NCBI GenBank assembly: GCA_016210485.1
Contig: JACQUD010000049.1
Span: 5,066 to 69,065 of the forward strand
Length of the DNA: 64,000 nt
Direction: 5' to 3'
Source of the DNA: Chloroflexota bacterium
GTDB taxonomy: Bacteria; Chloroflexota; Dehalococcoidia; JACQUD01
Below, piece after piece: positions 55,664-64,000 of the stretch; the stretch's first letter is position 1, and each line of letters starts with the position of its first letter. The notes under the pieces were generated by a model that worked only from the letters and a program-made list of their open reading frames with translations, had not been told where the DNA came from and did no database searches. The position numbers and the translations under genes are program-made.

Positions 55664-56404
55664 CTATGCCTTTCCCTTGCTCGCTCTGACTACAGTCCTT
55701 GCCTCCTCAGGGATAGGGGCAGGAACCGGGTCTGCTTCAATCCTCTCTATGGCAGCAAAGCGAGCGGGGCAACTTTGGAAGCAAATGTTGCAGGCTATGC
55801 ACTTCTCTTGAACGATGATATGGACCTTGTCCTTCCCGCCTATGATCGCACCTTCAGGGCATCTCCTAGCGCAGATTCCGCAGGCCGTGCATTTCTCAGG
55901 ATCGATATAGTATGAGATTAGCTTATTGTTAATGGCCCTCTCGGCTGCTGCGATATCTACCTGTATCTGATCCAGGCCTTTTCCTTCGGGTACCCCTAGG
56001 GGTCCTAATTCCTTGAGCTGCTTGGTAAAGTTGGTTATGACCTCGGCAAAGCGGATGCCTTCAGATGCGGAGACCCATTCCAGACGCAATCTCTCCGAAT
56101 TCAGCCCGATCTGCTCCAGCAACTTCTTGGACCGCTTGATCACTTCCACGGCATGGTAATTGCCGTTAGTGACATAGTGGCATTCATCGAGCCAGCAACC
56201 GCCGATAAAGACCCCGTCTGCTCCATTCGAAAAAGCCCGGAAAATGAATTTCGGGTCGACCCTCCCGGAGCACATCACCCTTATTATCCTTATGTTGGGA
56301 GGGTATTGATACCGGGAAACTCCGGCTAGGTCCGCCCCAGCGTAGCAACACCAGTTGCACAGAAATCCTAGAATCTTCGGCTCGAATTCGTGTGTCATAA
56401 CCAT
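55664..56404 (-). CDS. MvhD/FlpD-like domain fused to a 2x[4Fe-4S] ferredoxin domain (BamF-like)
   Basis: ILGFLCNWCCYAGADLAG....MCSGRVD is the MvhD signature. C-terminal CTACGICARRCP and CIACNICFQSCP. Confidence 0.75.
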   Translation of the reverse strand: MVMTHEFEPKILGFLCNWCCYAGADLAGVSRYQYPPNIRIIRVMCSGRVDPKFIFRAFSNGADGVFIGGCWLDECHYVTNGNYHAVEVIKRSKKLLEQIGLNSERLRLEWVSASEGIRFAEVITNFTKQLKELGPLGVPEGKGLDQIQVDIAAAERAINNKLISYYIDPEKCTACGICARRCPEGAIIGGKDKVHIIVQEKCIACNICFQSCPARFAAIERIEADPVPAPIPEEARTVVRASKGKA

Positions 56405-56438
56405 TCTAGCTCGCTCCTAAAGAGTCACTATCCTGTTA

Positions 56439-59400
56439 TCAGTGAACTTTGACCGGGACCGGCAGCGCCGCATCGATGGCGTCAAGGATCTGGTCATCGG
56501 TATAGTGTTTTGTGGTAATCGCACATGTTATGCATTTCGTACTGCACAGACCGCATCCCTTGCAAAGGACGGAGATAACGTTGGCCTTTTTGCCTTGCGG
56601 CGTATCAAGCATTTGTATGGCGCCGTATGTGCAAGCCGTCGCACACTGACCGCACCCAACGCACTTGCTCTCTTCCACCTCGGCAATAGCAGCAGAAGCG
56701 GTGACCGTATCCCTGGAAAGAATGGCTCCCGCTCTGCCCGCCGCTCCGTAAGCCTGGCTAATCGTTTCCGGCAGGTGCTTAGGATAGTGGGCTGTTCCAC
56801 ACAGGAAAATACCATCCGCTGCAAAATCAACTGGCCTCAGTTTCACGTGAGCTTCCTGGAAGAAACCGTCCGGGCTCAGAGGTATTTTCCATAGTCGGGA
56901 TGTTTCAGTATTTGTTGCCGCCGGGATAACAGCTGCCGCCAGGGCCACTACATCGGCATCCAGGGCAAGCTTCTTACCCAGGATAGTGTCAGTCACGGTG
57001 ACCCTTAGAATGCGCTTGCCGCTCTCCTCAACAACCTGGACATCGGGCTTGTCCTCTGGCTCATAGCGGATGAACTTCACTTCCCGGTTCGCAGCTTCTC
57101 GGTAGTAGTCTTCTCTGAACCCGTAGGTCCTCATGTCCCGGAATATGATATAAATATCCGCTGCGGGATTCTTATCTTTGAGCTTCAGAGCTTCCTTTAT
57201 GGAATGGCTGCAACATACCCGGCTACAGTAGTTCCTGTCCTTTTGTCGGCAGCCCACGCACTGAATCATCACCATGCTCTGGGCGTTGACTACCGCTGGC
57301 TCGTCTTTGGCGATCTTCTCCTCTAGTTCCATCAGTGTCATTATCCGTTCGTCTTGCCCGTAAAGGTACTCTGTTGGTTTATATTCTTCCGCACCGGTGG
57401 CGACAATGACTATGCCGTGCTTTATTTCCTTGACCACGCTGCCGGACTTTACCTTGGTGACAAAGTTTCCGACATAGCCGGAAGCCTCTGTGATAGTGGC
57501 ATCCGTGTACTTGTGGATCAAGGGGTGCTTGTTGACTCTGCCCACGAGGTCGGTCAGGTATGCTTGAACATCCAGACCTTCCAGGGTGTGATAAAGTTTT
57601 CGGGCCATGCCGCCCAGCTCTTTATCCTTCTCTACCAGGTAAACCTCGTATCCCTGGTTGGCCAGGTTCATAGCGGCGGTCATCCCAGCCACACCTCCAC
57701 CGACCACCAGGCCCCTCTTATCGACTGGCAGGTCGAATTCCTTCAAAGGCTGCAGCGCTTTAACCCGAGCCACCGACATCCGAAGCAGGTCTTTGGCCTT
57801 TTGGGTGGCCTTTTCCTGCTCCTTCGAGTGAACCCAGGAGCAATGTTCCCTGATATTGGTGAACTCAAAGAAGTACTGGTTTAACCCAGCCTCGCGAAGG
57901 GTGTCTCGGAATAGCGGCTCGTGTGTTCTGGGGGTGCAGGCGGCAACGATCACGCGATTGAGATGCTTTTCCTTAACCATATCCGTTATCTTCTGAGCAG
58001 AATCGGTCGAACAAGAAAAGAGGTCTTGTTGAACGTGGACAACCCCGGGCAGAGTCCTCGTATATTCTTCTAGCTCTGGCATTCCAACAACTCTGCCGAT
58101 ATTGGCTCCGCAGTGACACAGGAAGACCCCAATCCTCGGCTCCTCACCAGTTACATCCCTTTCCTCAGGATACACCCTTTTCCGAGATAGCTTGCCACGC
58201 CGGCGGGCAAGGAGCTCACTCATCAGGGCGGTGGCCCCGCTGGCAGTTACCACCGACTCGGGGATATCTATCGGACCTTGGAAGGCCCCACTGACGAATA
58301 TCCCCTTTCGGGAGGTCTGGATGGGGTTCGTTGGATCGTTCTTGCAAAAGTTGTGAGGCTCGAGTTCGATGCCGAACTTGCGGGCCAGTTCCTGCACGTC
58401 GCCGGGCGGGTTCAGTCCCACGGACAAGACCACCATATCGAACTCTTCTTCTTTCACCCCATCGGTTGGGGTGGAGTATCTTATGGTTACATTCTTGGTC
58501 TCAGGGATCTCTCTGCCTAGAGAGACGTAGCTCCTGATGAAGCGGATGCCGGGGAGGTTCTCTGTCCTCTGGTAAAAGCGTTCGAAGTCCTTGCCCCACG
58601 ACCGAATATCGTTGTGAAAGATGGTAGCCTTGACCTCACTGTCGTGGTCTTTGGCCAGGATGACCTGCTTCTGAGTGTATGAGCAGCATACGGATGAACA
58701 ATAGCCATTGCCGCCCGGGGTGACTTGCCTGGAGCCTACGCACTGGATCCAGGCCATATTCTTGGGGTGCTTACCGTCAGAAGGTCGCCTCATCTCACCT
58801 TCGTAAGGGCCGGTGGAACAAAGAATTCGCTCAAAGTCCATGCTGGTGACAACGTTCGGCATCGTTCCATAGCCGTAGTCGCCCCTTATCTTGGGGTCGA
58901 AAATCTCAAAGCCTGGGGATAACAGAATGGCCCCGACTTCTACTTCTACCTCCTCCGCCTTCTGGAAGAGGTTTATGGCATCATTCTTACAGACAGCCGT
59001 GCAAATGCTGCATTTGCCCTCTTTGAGGAAAAGGCAGGTTTCAGGGTCTATATAGGTAATCAGCGGGACAGCCTGGGAAAAGTAAATATGGGTGGCTTTG
59101 CTGTGACCTATGTTCTGGTTGAACCTATTGGGGATCTTAACCGGGCAATACTCGTTGCAAGTAGTGCAGCCGCGACATTTATCAAGGCTAACGTACCTCG
59201 GTTTTCTAGTCAGGGTTACTTTGAACTTGCCGGCCTCTCCCTCCACTTTGTCGACTTCAGTATAGGAAAGTATTTCAATATTGGGGTGCCGGAGGCATTC
59301 AATAAACTTGGGAGACTCGATGCACATGGAGCAGTCGTTGGTGGGGAAGGTTTTATCGAGCTGGGCCATATGTCCGCCCAGAGCTGGGGACTTATCTACC

Positions 59401-59525
59401 AGAAAGACCCTGAAACCCATGCCGCCCATATCCAGGGCCGCCTGGATGCCGCTAATTCCGCCACCGACGATGAGAACATCACCAGGGTTAGCCGAGGTTA
59501 AACTGAGATCCTTTCCTTCAGCCAT
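56439..59525 (-). CDS. double HdrA-like FAD/FeS oxidoreductase (BamE-like)
   Basis: 1028 aa with two dinucleotide folds (VLIVGGGISGIQAALD and GLVVGGGVAGMTAAMN). Several Cys clusters, including C-terminal CVGCGQCATAC and CKGCGLCSTKC. Confidence 0.8.
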   Translation of the reverse strand: MAEGKDLSLTSANPGDVLIVGGGISGIQAALDMGGMGFRVFLVDKSPALGGHMAQLDKTFPTNDCSMCIESPKFIECLRHPNIEILSYTEVDKVEGEAGKFKVTLTRKPRYVSLDKCRGCTTCNEYCPVKIPNRFNQNIGHSKATHIYFSQAVPLITYIDPETCLFLKEGKCSICTAVCKNDAINLFQKAEEVEVEVGAILLSPGFEIFDPKIRGDYGYGTMPNVVTSMDFERILCSTGPYEGEMRRPSDGKHPKNMAWIQCVGSRQVTPGGNGYCSSVCCSYTQKQVILAKDHDSEVKATIFHNDIRSWGKDFERFYQRTENLPGIRFIRSYVSLGREIPETKNVTIRYSTPTDGVKEEEFDMVVLSVGLNPPGDVQELARKFGIELEPHNFCKNDPTNPIQTSRKGIFVSGAFQGPIDIPESVVTASGATALMSELLARRRGKLSRKRVYPEERDVTGEEPRIGVFLCHCGANIGRVVGMPELEEYTRTLPGVVHVQQDLFSCSTDSAQKITDMVKEKHLNRVIVAACTPRTHEPLFRDTLREAGLNQYFFEFTNIREHCSWVHSKEQEKATQKAKDLLRMSVARVKALQPLKEFDLPVDKRGLVVGGGVAGMTAAMNLANQGYEVYLVEKDKELGGMARKLYHTLEGLDVQAYLTDLVGRVNKHPLIHKYTDATITEASGYVGNFVTKVKSGSVVKEIKHGIVIVATGAEEYKPTEYLYGQDERIMTLMELEEKIAKDEPAVVNAQSMVMIQCVGCRQKDRNYCSRVCCSHSIKEALKLKDKNPAADIYIIFRDMRTYGFREDYYREAANREVKFIRYEPEDKPDVQVVEESGKRILRVTVTDTILGKKLALDADVVALAAAVIPAATNTETSRLWKIPLSPDGFFQEAHVKLRPVDFAADGIFLCGTAHYPKHLPETISQAYGAAGRAGAILSRDTVTASAAIAEVEESKCVGCGQCATACTYGAIQMLDTPQGKKANVISVLCKGCGLCSTKCITCAITTKHYTDDQILDAIDAALPVPVKVH

Positions 59526-59576
59526 CTTCTTCCATCCTTAATCGAGTCTGAGTCCTCCAGCCAAGTTCACTATGTC

Positions 59577-60377
59577 TCATATCGAACAACCAAGCCGCTC
59601 CGGGTGGGAATACACCGAGAGCCGGTTGCCACGCACGTAGCCCACTAGAGCTATGCCCAAGTCATGGGCCAGAGAGACGGCGCGTCCCGTTGGCGAAGTC
59701 CGCGATACAACAACTGGCGTCTGCATCCTTGCCGCCTTGAGCAACATCTCGGACGAAACGCGGCCGGTGCTCAGTAGCAGTCGGTCCCTGGTTGATATAC
59801 CCCTTAATAGGCACTCTCCCTGTATCTTATCCAGGGTGTTATGTCTTCCGATATCTTCAGATACTACCAGCAGCTCGCTGGTGTCGCACAGCGCCGAGGC
59901 ATGTACGCCACCGCAAAGTCGGTACAGTGCCATCTGCTCTTGAAACTGCTTCATCAGGGAAAAGATGTTCGCTGGTGTAACCACAAGCCCCGATTCAACC
60001 TTCTGCGCCTCAGTCTTAAAGGCGGCGCCGCCGCCGCAGCCAGAGGTCAATGTTCGCAGTGTCGGCAGTTTGTATTCTGAGTTCATCAGCCTAACATCGA
60101 CCTCGGACTCATCGTCACAAACTCGCATGCTCGCTACATCATCCATGCCCGAGATTATCCCCTCTGTGTACAGGAATCCGAGGACAAGACAATTCAGCTT
60201 GCTTGGAGTGCACATGACGGTGACCAGTTCCTGTTGATTGACGTAGATAGTAACATCCGTCTCATCAGGCACGGAAACCGCAATGCGGGCCCACCCCTCG
60301 TCCGAAAACCGGTTGCAGGGTATGTTCGGCACACTACCCCTTATCGTCGATACGCCTGTAGCCTCTGGCATGCTCAT
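59577..60377 (-). CDS. fdhD: FdhD-family sulfurtransferase/accessory protein
   Basis: EDIGRHNTLDK, GGVHASAL, SGRVSSEMLLKAARMQTPVVVSRTSPT. The loop reads TSGCGGG instead of the two-Cys SCGxCG. Confidence 0.85.
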   Translation of the reverse strand: MSMPEATGVSTIRGSVPNIPCNRFSDEGWARIAVSVPDETDVTIYVNQQELVTVMCTPSKLNCLVLGFLYTEGIISGMDDVASMRVCDDESEVDVRLMNSEYKLPTLRTLTSGCGGGAAFKTEAQKVESGLVVTPANIFSLMKQFQEQMALYRLCGGVHASALCDTSELLVVSEDIGRHNTLDKIQGECLLRGISTRDRLLLSTGRVSSEMLLKAARMQTPVVVSRTSPTGRAVSLAHDLGIALVGYVRGNRLSVYSHPERLGCSI

Positions 60378-60390
60378 CTTCCTCGGTATC

Positions 60391-61533
60391 CTAAATTGCT
60401 TCCTGGAGAACCTCTGTGATGTCTTTTATCTCTATGGCCTCACTACCCTCCAGGGTTAGCCTGCTAGCCTCAAAATTCATGATACAATAAGGGCAGGCGG
60501 TAACCAGCACGTCAGCCTTGCCAGCGATTGCCTGTTCCACCCTGAGGTCAGAGAACCTCTCGCCCTTCTTCCTGTCCATCCAGATTCCGCCTCCTCCCCC
60601 GCCGCAACAAAGGCTGCCTTTCCGAGAATCAGGCATCTCGAACATTCGCAAACCAGGCACCTTCTTCAAGACCTCTCGTGGCTCGTCATATATGCCATTA
60701 TGTCGTCCCAGGTAACACGGGTCATGATAAGTTACCTTCTTCTTATAGTCCTTGGTAAGCTTTAGCCTTCCCTCATTGATAAGCTCCAGCAGATACTGGG
60801 TGATATGCACCACCTCGAAATTGACCATAAACTCGGGGTACTCGTTCTTGAAGGTGTGGTAGCAGTGAGGCGAGGACACTAGTATCTTCTTCACACCGCT
60901 TTCGATGAACGTCTTGATGTTTTCCCTGGCTAAATGTCTGAATAGCTCTTCATCGCCCACCTTGCGCGCACTTTCGCCACAGCAGTTCTCCTTGACCCCC
61001 AGTATCCCAAAATCGACCCCCGCCGTGCTAAGGATTTTGGCGGTGGCAGTGGCAACCTTCCTCAACCTCGGATCATAGCTAAGGTAACAGCAAGGGAGAT
61101 ACAAAACTTCCATCCCCTCGGTGAAAGTTTTTACGGATAGACCCTGTGTCCAATCTTCCCTTTTTGCTCGTGGTTCCCCCAACGGGTTACCCTCCGCACG
61201 CAGGCTTGCAGTAGCGATGTGAATCGGGTCCGGAACAATCCCAGCACCGGAGGCAATCCTACGCAGGGATGTCCCCACCTTTATTATTTCTACCCCCCTG
61301 GGGCATTGCTGAACGCAGTTTCGGCAGGTGGTACAACGCCAGATTTCTTCGCCCTCTACCTCAGACAAACCGAACGCAGCCTGCCTGATTATGTTGCGAA
61401 TACTGAATGTCCTTACCCTATTCCACGGACAGACAGTATCGCACATCCCGCATTGATAGCAGAATTTGAAGGCTTCTCCACCAGCCTCTTTTATAACATC
61501 GATTCCTTCTTTGAAGGGGGCTACAGTCTCCAT
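60391..61533 (-). CDS. HdrD-like FeS protein with two CCG domains (BamD-like)
   Basis: CYQCGMCDTVCP and CTTCRNCVQQCP, then CCG-domain cysteines (PCCY, NCCGE, DPCYLGR, SLCCGGGGG). Confidence 0.8.
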   Translation of the reverse strand: METVAPFKEGIDVIKEAGGEAFKFCYQCGMCDTVCPWNRVRTFSIRNIIRQAAFGLSEVEGEEIWRCTTCRNCVQQCPRGVEIIKVGTSLRRIASGAGIVPDPIHIATASLRAEGNPLGEPRAKREDWTQGLSVKTFTEGMEVLYLPCCYLSYDPRLRKVATATAKILSTAGVDFGILGVKENCCGESARKVGDEELFRHLARENIKTFIESGVKKILVSSPHCYHTFKNEYPEFMVNFEVVHITQYLLELINEGRLKLTKDYKKKVTYHDPCYLGRHNGIYDEPREVLKKVPGLRMFEMPDSRKGSLCCGGGGGGIWMDRKKGERFSDLRVEQAIAGKADVLVTACPYCIMNFEASRLTLEGSEAIEIKDITEVLQEAI

Positions 61534-61558
61534 TGCTTTTTCCTCTTTCCCTTGATGT

Positions 61559-62092
61559 TTAGCTCTTCCCCAGTCGGGAAAGGGTATCCATTACTACCTT
61601 CACCCCGTGTTGCTTCACTAATGCTTCCAGGCCTACCTCTATCTCCAGCGGCCGCGTCGGTTCCTCTTCCTCCACTTCCTCTTCCACTTCTTCGTAAATC
61701 AGAGCATCATTTATGCACCATTCAACACACTTCGGCTCCTTCAATGGAGGCTCATCTTCACACATATCGCATTTTAGGGGGAGGTTAGAATCTGGGTCCC
61801 TGAAAAGCTTCCGAGATGGGCAGGAAGCCCGGCAGAAGTCACATTCGTCATATGTCTTCCCGTCCACAGTATAGACGTTTTTGCCGTTACATTCGGAATC
61901 GGTATACTCACCGGCATATACCGGCACGAATATGTCTCTGAGCGGGTCATGGACTACCCGTATTCGGGACCTGTCCGGATTAGAGCTGCTGTATTTTGGC
62001 TCAGCATGAAAAGCGGAGCAGATTGCCTCGCACGCCCGGCAACCATTGCACTTGTCGACGTCGATCTTTATTAGTTTCTTGACCTTCTTCAC
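61559..62092 (-). CDS. poly-[4Fe-4S] ferredoxin-like subunit (BamC-like)
   Basis: CNGCRACEAIC, CDFCRASCP, CDMCE....CVEWC. 177 aa; GTG start. Confidence 0.7.
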   Translation of the reverse strand: MKKVKKLIKIDVDKCNGCRACEAICSAFHAEPKYSSSNPDRSRIRVVHDPLRDIFVPVYAGEYTDSECNGKNVYTVDGKTYDECDFCRASCPSRKLFRDPDSNLPLKCDMCEDEPPLKEPKCVEWCINDALIYEEVEEEVEEEEPTRPLEIEVGLEALVKQHGVKVVMDTLSRLGKS

Positions 62093-62178
62093 TTAAGAGG
62101 ACCCCCTTCCCCTCGAACTTCTCGCTGACGAAACCCAGACCTAATTCATGTCAGGTCTCTCCGGTCGAAATGCCCTCG
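62093..62178 (-). pseudogene. relic of the 3' end of a second AOR/BamB-like gene
   Basis: Directly after the AOR stop, the minus strand reads EGISTGET*HELGLGFVSEKFEGKGVLL. This parallels the intact C-terminus EGVPTKETLHELGLDYVAEEFELKGILK. One in-frame TGA. Confidence 0.55.
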
Positions 62179-64000
62179 CTATCGCACCCCTTGGGTTTCT
62201 GGCACTCGTTCTTCTTCCTTCAGAATCCCTTTTAGTTCGAACTCCTCGGCAACGTAATCCAGCCCAAGTTCATGCAAGGTCTCTTTAGTCGGAACACCCT
62301 CGTTATTCCATCCCTTGAATTTGTAGTACTCATCGAGCAGTTTGCTTTCGAGCTCGGGGAATCTCCTTTTCCAATGATCCTCAGGAGGTTTCTCATCTGC
62401 TTTCTTCATGCCCCTTCTTATGTTGAGACATCTGAGCAGGTTCCGGTTCCTCCTGGCTATCTTCTTAAGCCCTTCTTCATCCAGGTCCATCCCGGTCGCT
62501 GCTGAGATTATGCGCGGGAAATTGTGGATATGATACGGGGGCTTTATGGGGAAGGAAGACAAACCAGCGCAGGTTCCGACGGAGTCATCGATGTAGTGCA
62601 TCATCTCCTGCCAGTCAACGATCTCGCAGGTTGCCTCAATGGACGGGTAATGGGGAAGCGTGCGCGGCTCCCAGTTCAAGACGAAGTCTTTGAACTTATC
62701 GTTGGGAACCTGGATCCAATCCCTTACGAACTCCTCCTTGTCTTCCTTGGTGGCGAAGGGCGCTTGGGGTATTTGCCCTTCGATCTGGGTGATGTTGATC
62801 TTCTCACCTGTGGCCCACATGAGGTAATAGATGGGATTCATTATCCCCAACTTGATGGGGATTTGCTCGTGTTTCTTAATGGTATTGTGGTCGTAGGCTT
62901 CTGCACCCCTGCCGATCTGACGGGCCGCCCAATAAACGCCATTGGCCAGGACATCTCCGATGCCCTCCCGCCGCACGATCTTCTCCAGCAAATAGAAGAA
63001 TCTCTCCTCAGTGGTGGCTGGGAATCCGGGCAGATCCTGGTCAGTCAAGATACCAGCTTCGTAAAGTTCGACGCCGAAGGCTAGGACTTGCGGCGTGGTG
63101 TATCCGTCGACCCCGTACTCCTGGCCAAGGCCCGCAATATTTAAGCCAAACGCAAGGTCTGAATCGGCCGCCATGGTGTACGTGAGTTTGGAGTAGCACT
63201 TCATTAGGTATCTGCCGAGTTTTTCATGCTCGACGACTGCCCCGCATTTCATGGGGCAGTTATAGCAACTGATCAGTCGCTCTACCTTATTATCTTGGAC
63301 CACCTTCCATTTAGCTTCGATTTCCTTGGTCCAGTAATCGCTTCTCCTGATGCGGGCATTTCCCCAGGCGAAGCTGGAAGTATGCCACGCTTCATCATGC
63401 AACTTCATCTCCTGAGGCGACCCCAGCCCGGCCAGGATGGGCGGTACATTCTTGATCGGATTGTCGTTCCGGAATTGAATGTACTTCAGGATGTCGTTGC
63501 AAAGCTCATTGAATTCAGCCGGGCGAGCGACGTTGATGTCCTTTGTGCCGCGGACTGCTATCGCCTTTATTCCCTTGTCTCCCATAATGCCGCCTATGCC
63601 GCCGCGGCTGGCGCTGGACCTGCCATGCTCGATAGAAGCGTAATGGACTTTGTTCTCGCCGGCCAGGCCAATAGCAAGCACCTGGGCTTCTTTATCCTTC
63701 ACTTCGCGCCGAATAATCTCTGCGGTCTCAAGCGCCCCTTTGCCCCGCAAGTGAGAAGCGTCGCGTATTTCTACTTTATCGTTGTTTATCCATAAATAGA
63801 CCAGCTTGGGGGATTTGCCACGAATGACCACTTTATCATAACCGGCATGCTTCAGTTCTGGCGCCCAAAATCCTCCCATTACGGAGTATGCTGATAACAA
63901 GGTTTGAGGGGAAAAGGTAGAAACTATCATACGGTTAGCACCAGGAGCAAGGGTTCCAGCTAAGAGGCCAGCGCTAAATATCAATAAGTTCTCAGGAGAA
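62179..64000 (-). CDS. tungsten-pterin aldehyde:ferredoxin oxidoreductase family protein, BamB-like; 5' end lies beyond the window
   Basis: The frame stays open to position 64000 (...SPENLLIFSAGLLAGT). FeS motif CYNCPMKCG. The blocks GGFWAPELKHAGYDK, EKINITQIEGQ, DWQEMMHYIDD and GLSSFPIKPPYHIHN match my recollection of BamB rather than Pyrococcus-type AOR. Confidence 0.8.
   Translation of the reverse strand, partial: SPENLLIFSAGLLAGTLAPGANRMIVSTFSPQTLLSAYSVMGGFWAPELKHAGYDKVVIRGKSPKLVYLWINNDKVEIRDASHLRGKGALETAEIIRREVKDKEAQVLAIGLAGENKVHYASIEHGRSSASRGGIGGIMGDKGIKAIAVRGTKDINVARPAEFNELCNDILKYIQFRNDNPIKNVPPILAGLGSPQEMKLHDEAWHTSSFAWGNARIRRSDYWTKEIEAKWKVVQDNKVERLISCYNCPMKCGAVVEHEKLGRYLMKCYSKLTYTMAADSDLAFGLNIAGLGQEYGVDGYTTPQVLAFGVELYEAGILTDQDLPGFPATTEERFFYLLEKIVRREGIGDVLANGVYWAARQIGRGAEAYDHNTIKKHEQIPIKLGIMNPIYYLMWATGEKINITQIEGQIPQAPFATKEDKEEFVRDWIQVPNDKFKDFVLNWEPRTLPHYPSIEATCEIVDWQEMMHYIDDSVGTCAGLSSFPIKPPYHIHNFPRIISAATGMDLDEEGLKKIARRNRNLLRCLNIRRGMKKADEKPPEDHWKRRFPELESKLLDEYYKFKGWNNEGVPTKETLHELGLDYVAEEFELKGILKEEERVPETQGVR

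Noticed and set aside
55664-59525. Selenocysteine (TGA) recoding in the MvhD-like and HdrA-like genes, as reported for some Bam E/F-type proteins.
   Set aside because: Both ORFs are uninterrupted and have Cys at the relevant clusters. No in-frame TGA or SECIS-like hairpin is needed to explain them.
1-64000. CRISPR arrays, IS elements, integrases, prophage genes, toxin-antitoxin pairs and known defence-system genes.
   Set aside because: No regularly spaced direct repeats, no transposase/integrase/recombinase-like ORFs and no recognisable defence-gene signatures were seen in any frame.

Overview
GC-rich, densely coded 64 kb bacterial chromosomal window. The phylum guess, possibly Chloroflexota-like, rests only on gene content and a short PF-x-x-LR/AQD-type repeat, and is weak. 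The backbone is housekeeping. On the minus strand an icd-mdh-sdhCDAB super-operon runs from 14.6 to 9.2 kb. Next to it lie a 12S/5S-biotin transcarboxylase pair, a dcd-ribD-ribE-(ferritin-like)-ribBA-ribH operon, and ftsH/tatD. Also present are an ECF sigma/anti-sigma/SIMPL operon, lepB, pyrE, gpsA-plsY-der-argF, a Kef-type antiporter, tlyA-nadK, and several transporters. One tRNA-Lys(UUU) is present. There is no rRNA, CRISPR array, transposase or integrase. Several patches look more AT-rich by eye and carry the unusual content. (1) 55.66-64.0 kb is a six-gene cluster: tungsten-AOR, ferredoxin, HdrD-like, FdhD, double-HdrA-like and MvhD-like. Its gene order and sizes resemble class II benzoyl-CoA reductase BamBCDEF, but with an fdhD inserted and no BamGHI following. 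A relic of a second AOR 3' end also sits in it. (2) A 4.38 kb cassette (41.35-45.77 kb) is bounded by imperfect direct repeats of the rsmE 5' end. It carries a split ChrB (separate N and C domains) around an MFS gene, driven by interdigitated divergent consensus promoters. (3) FtsH carries a 76-aa insertion in its protease domain that looks like a second copy of its own periplasmic FtsH_ext domain. (4) A tRNA-Ala(GGC) 3' fragment lies next to a TfoX-like gene. (5) An orphan Zn-ribbon SPPY methyltransferase is flanked by repeats. (6) A CoA-binding domain is fused to an orphan double ABC permease. All function calls come from motif recognition by eye; no database search was run.
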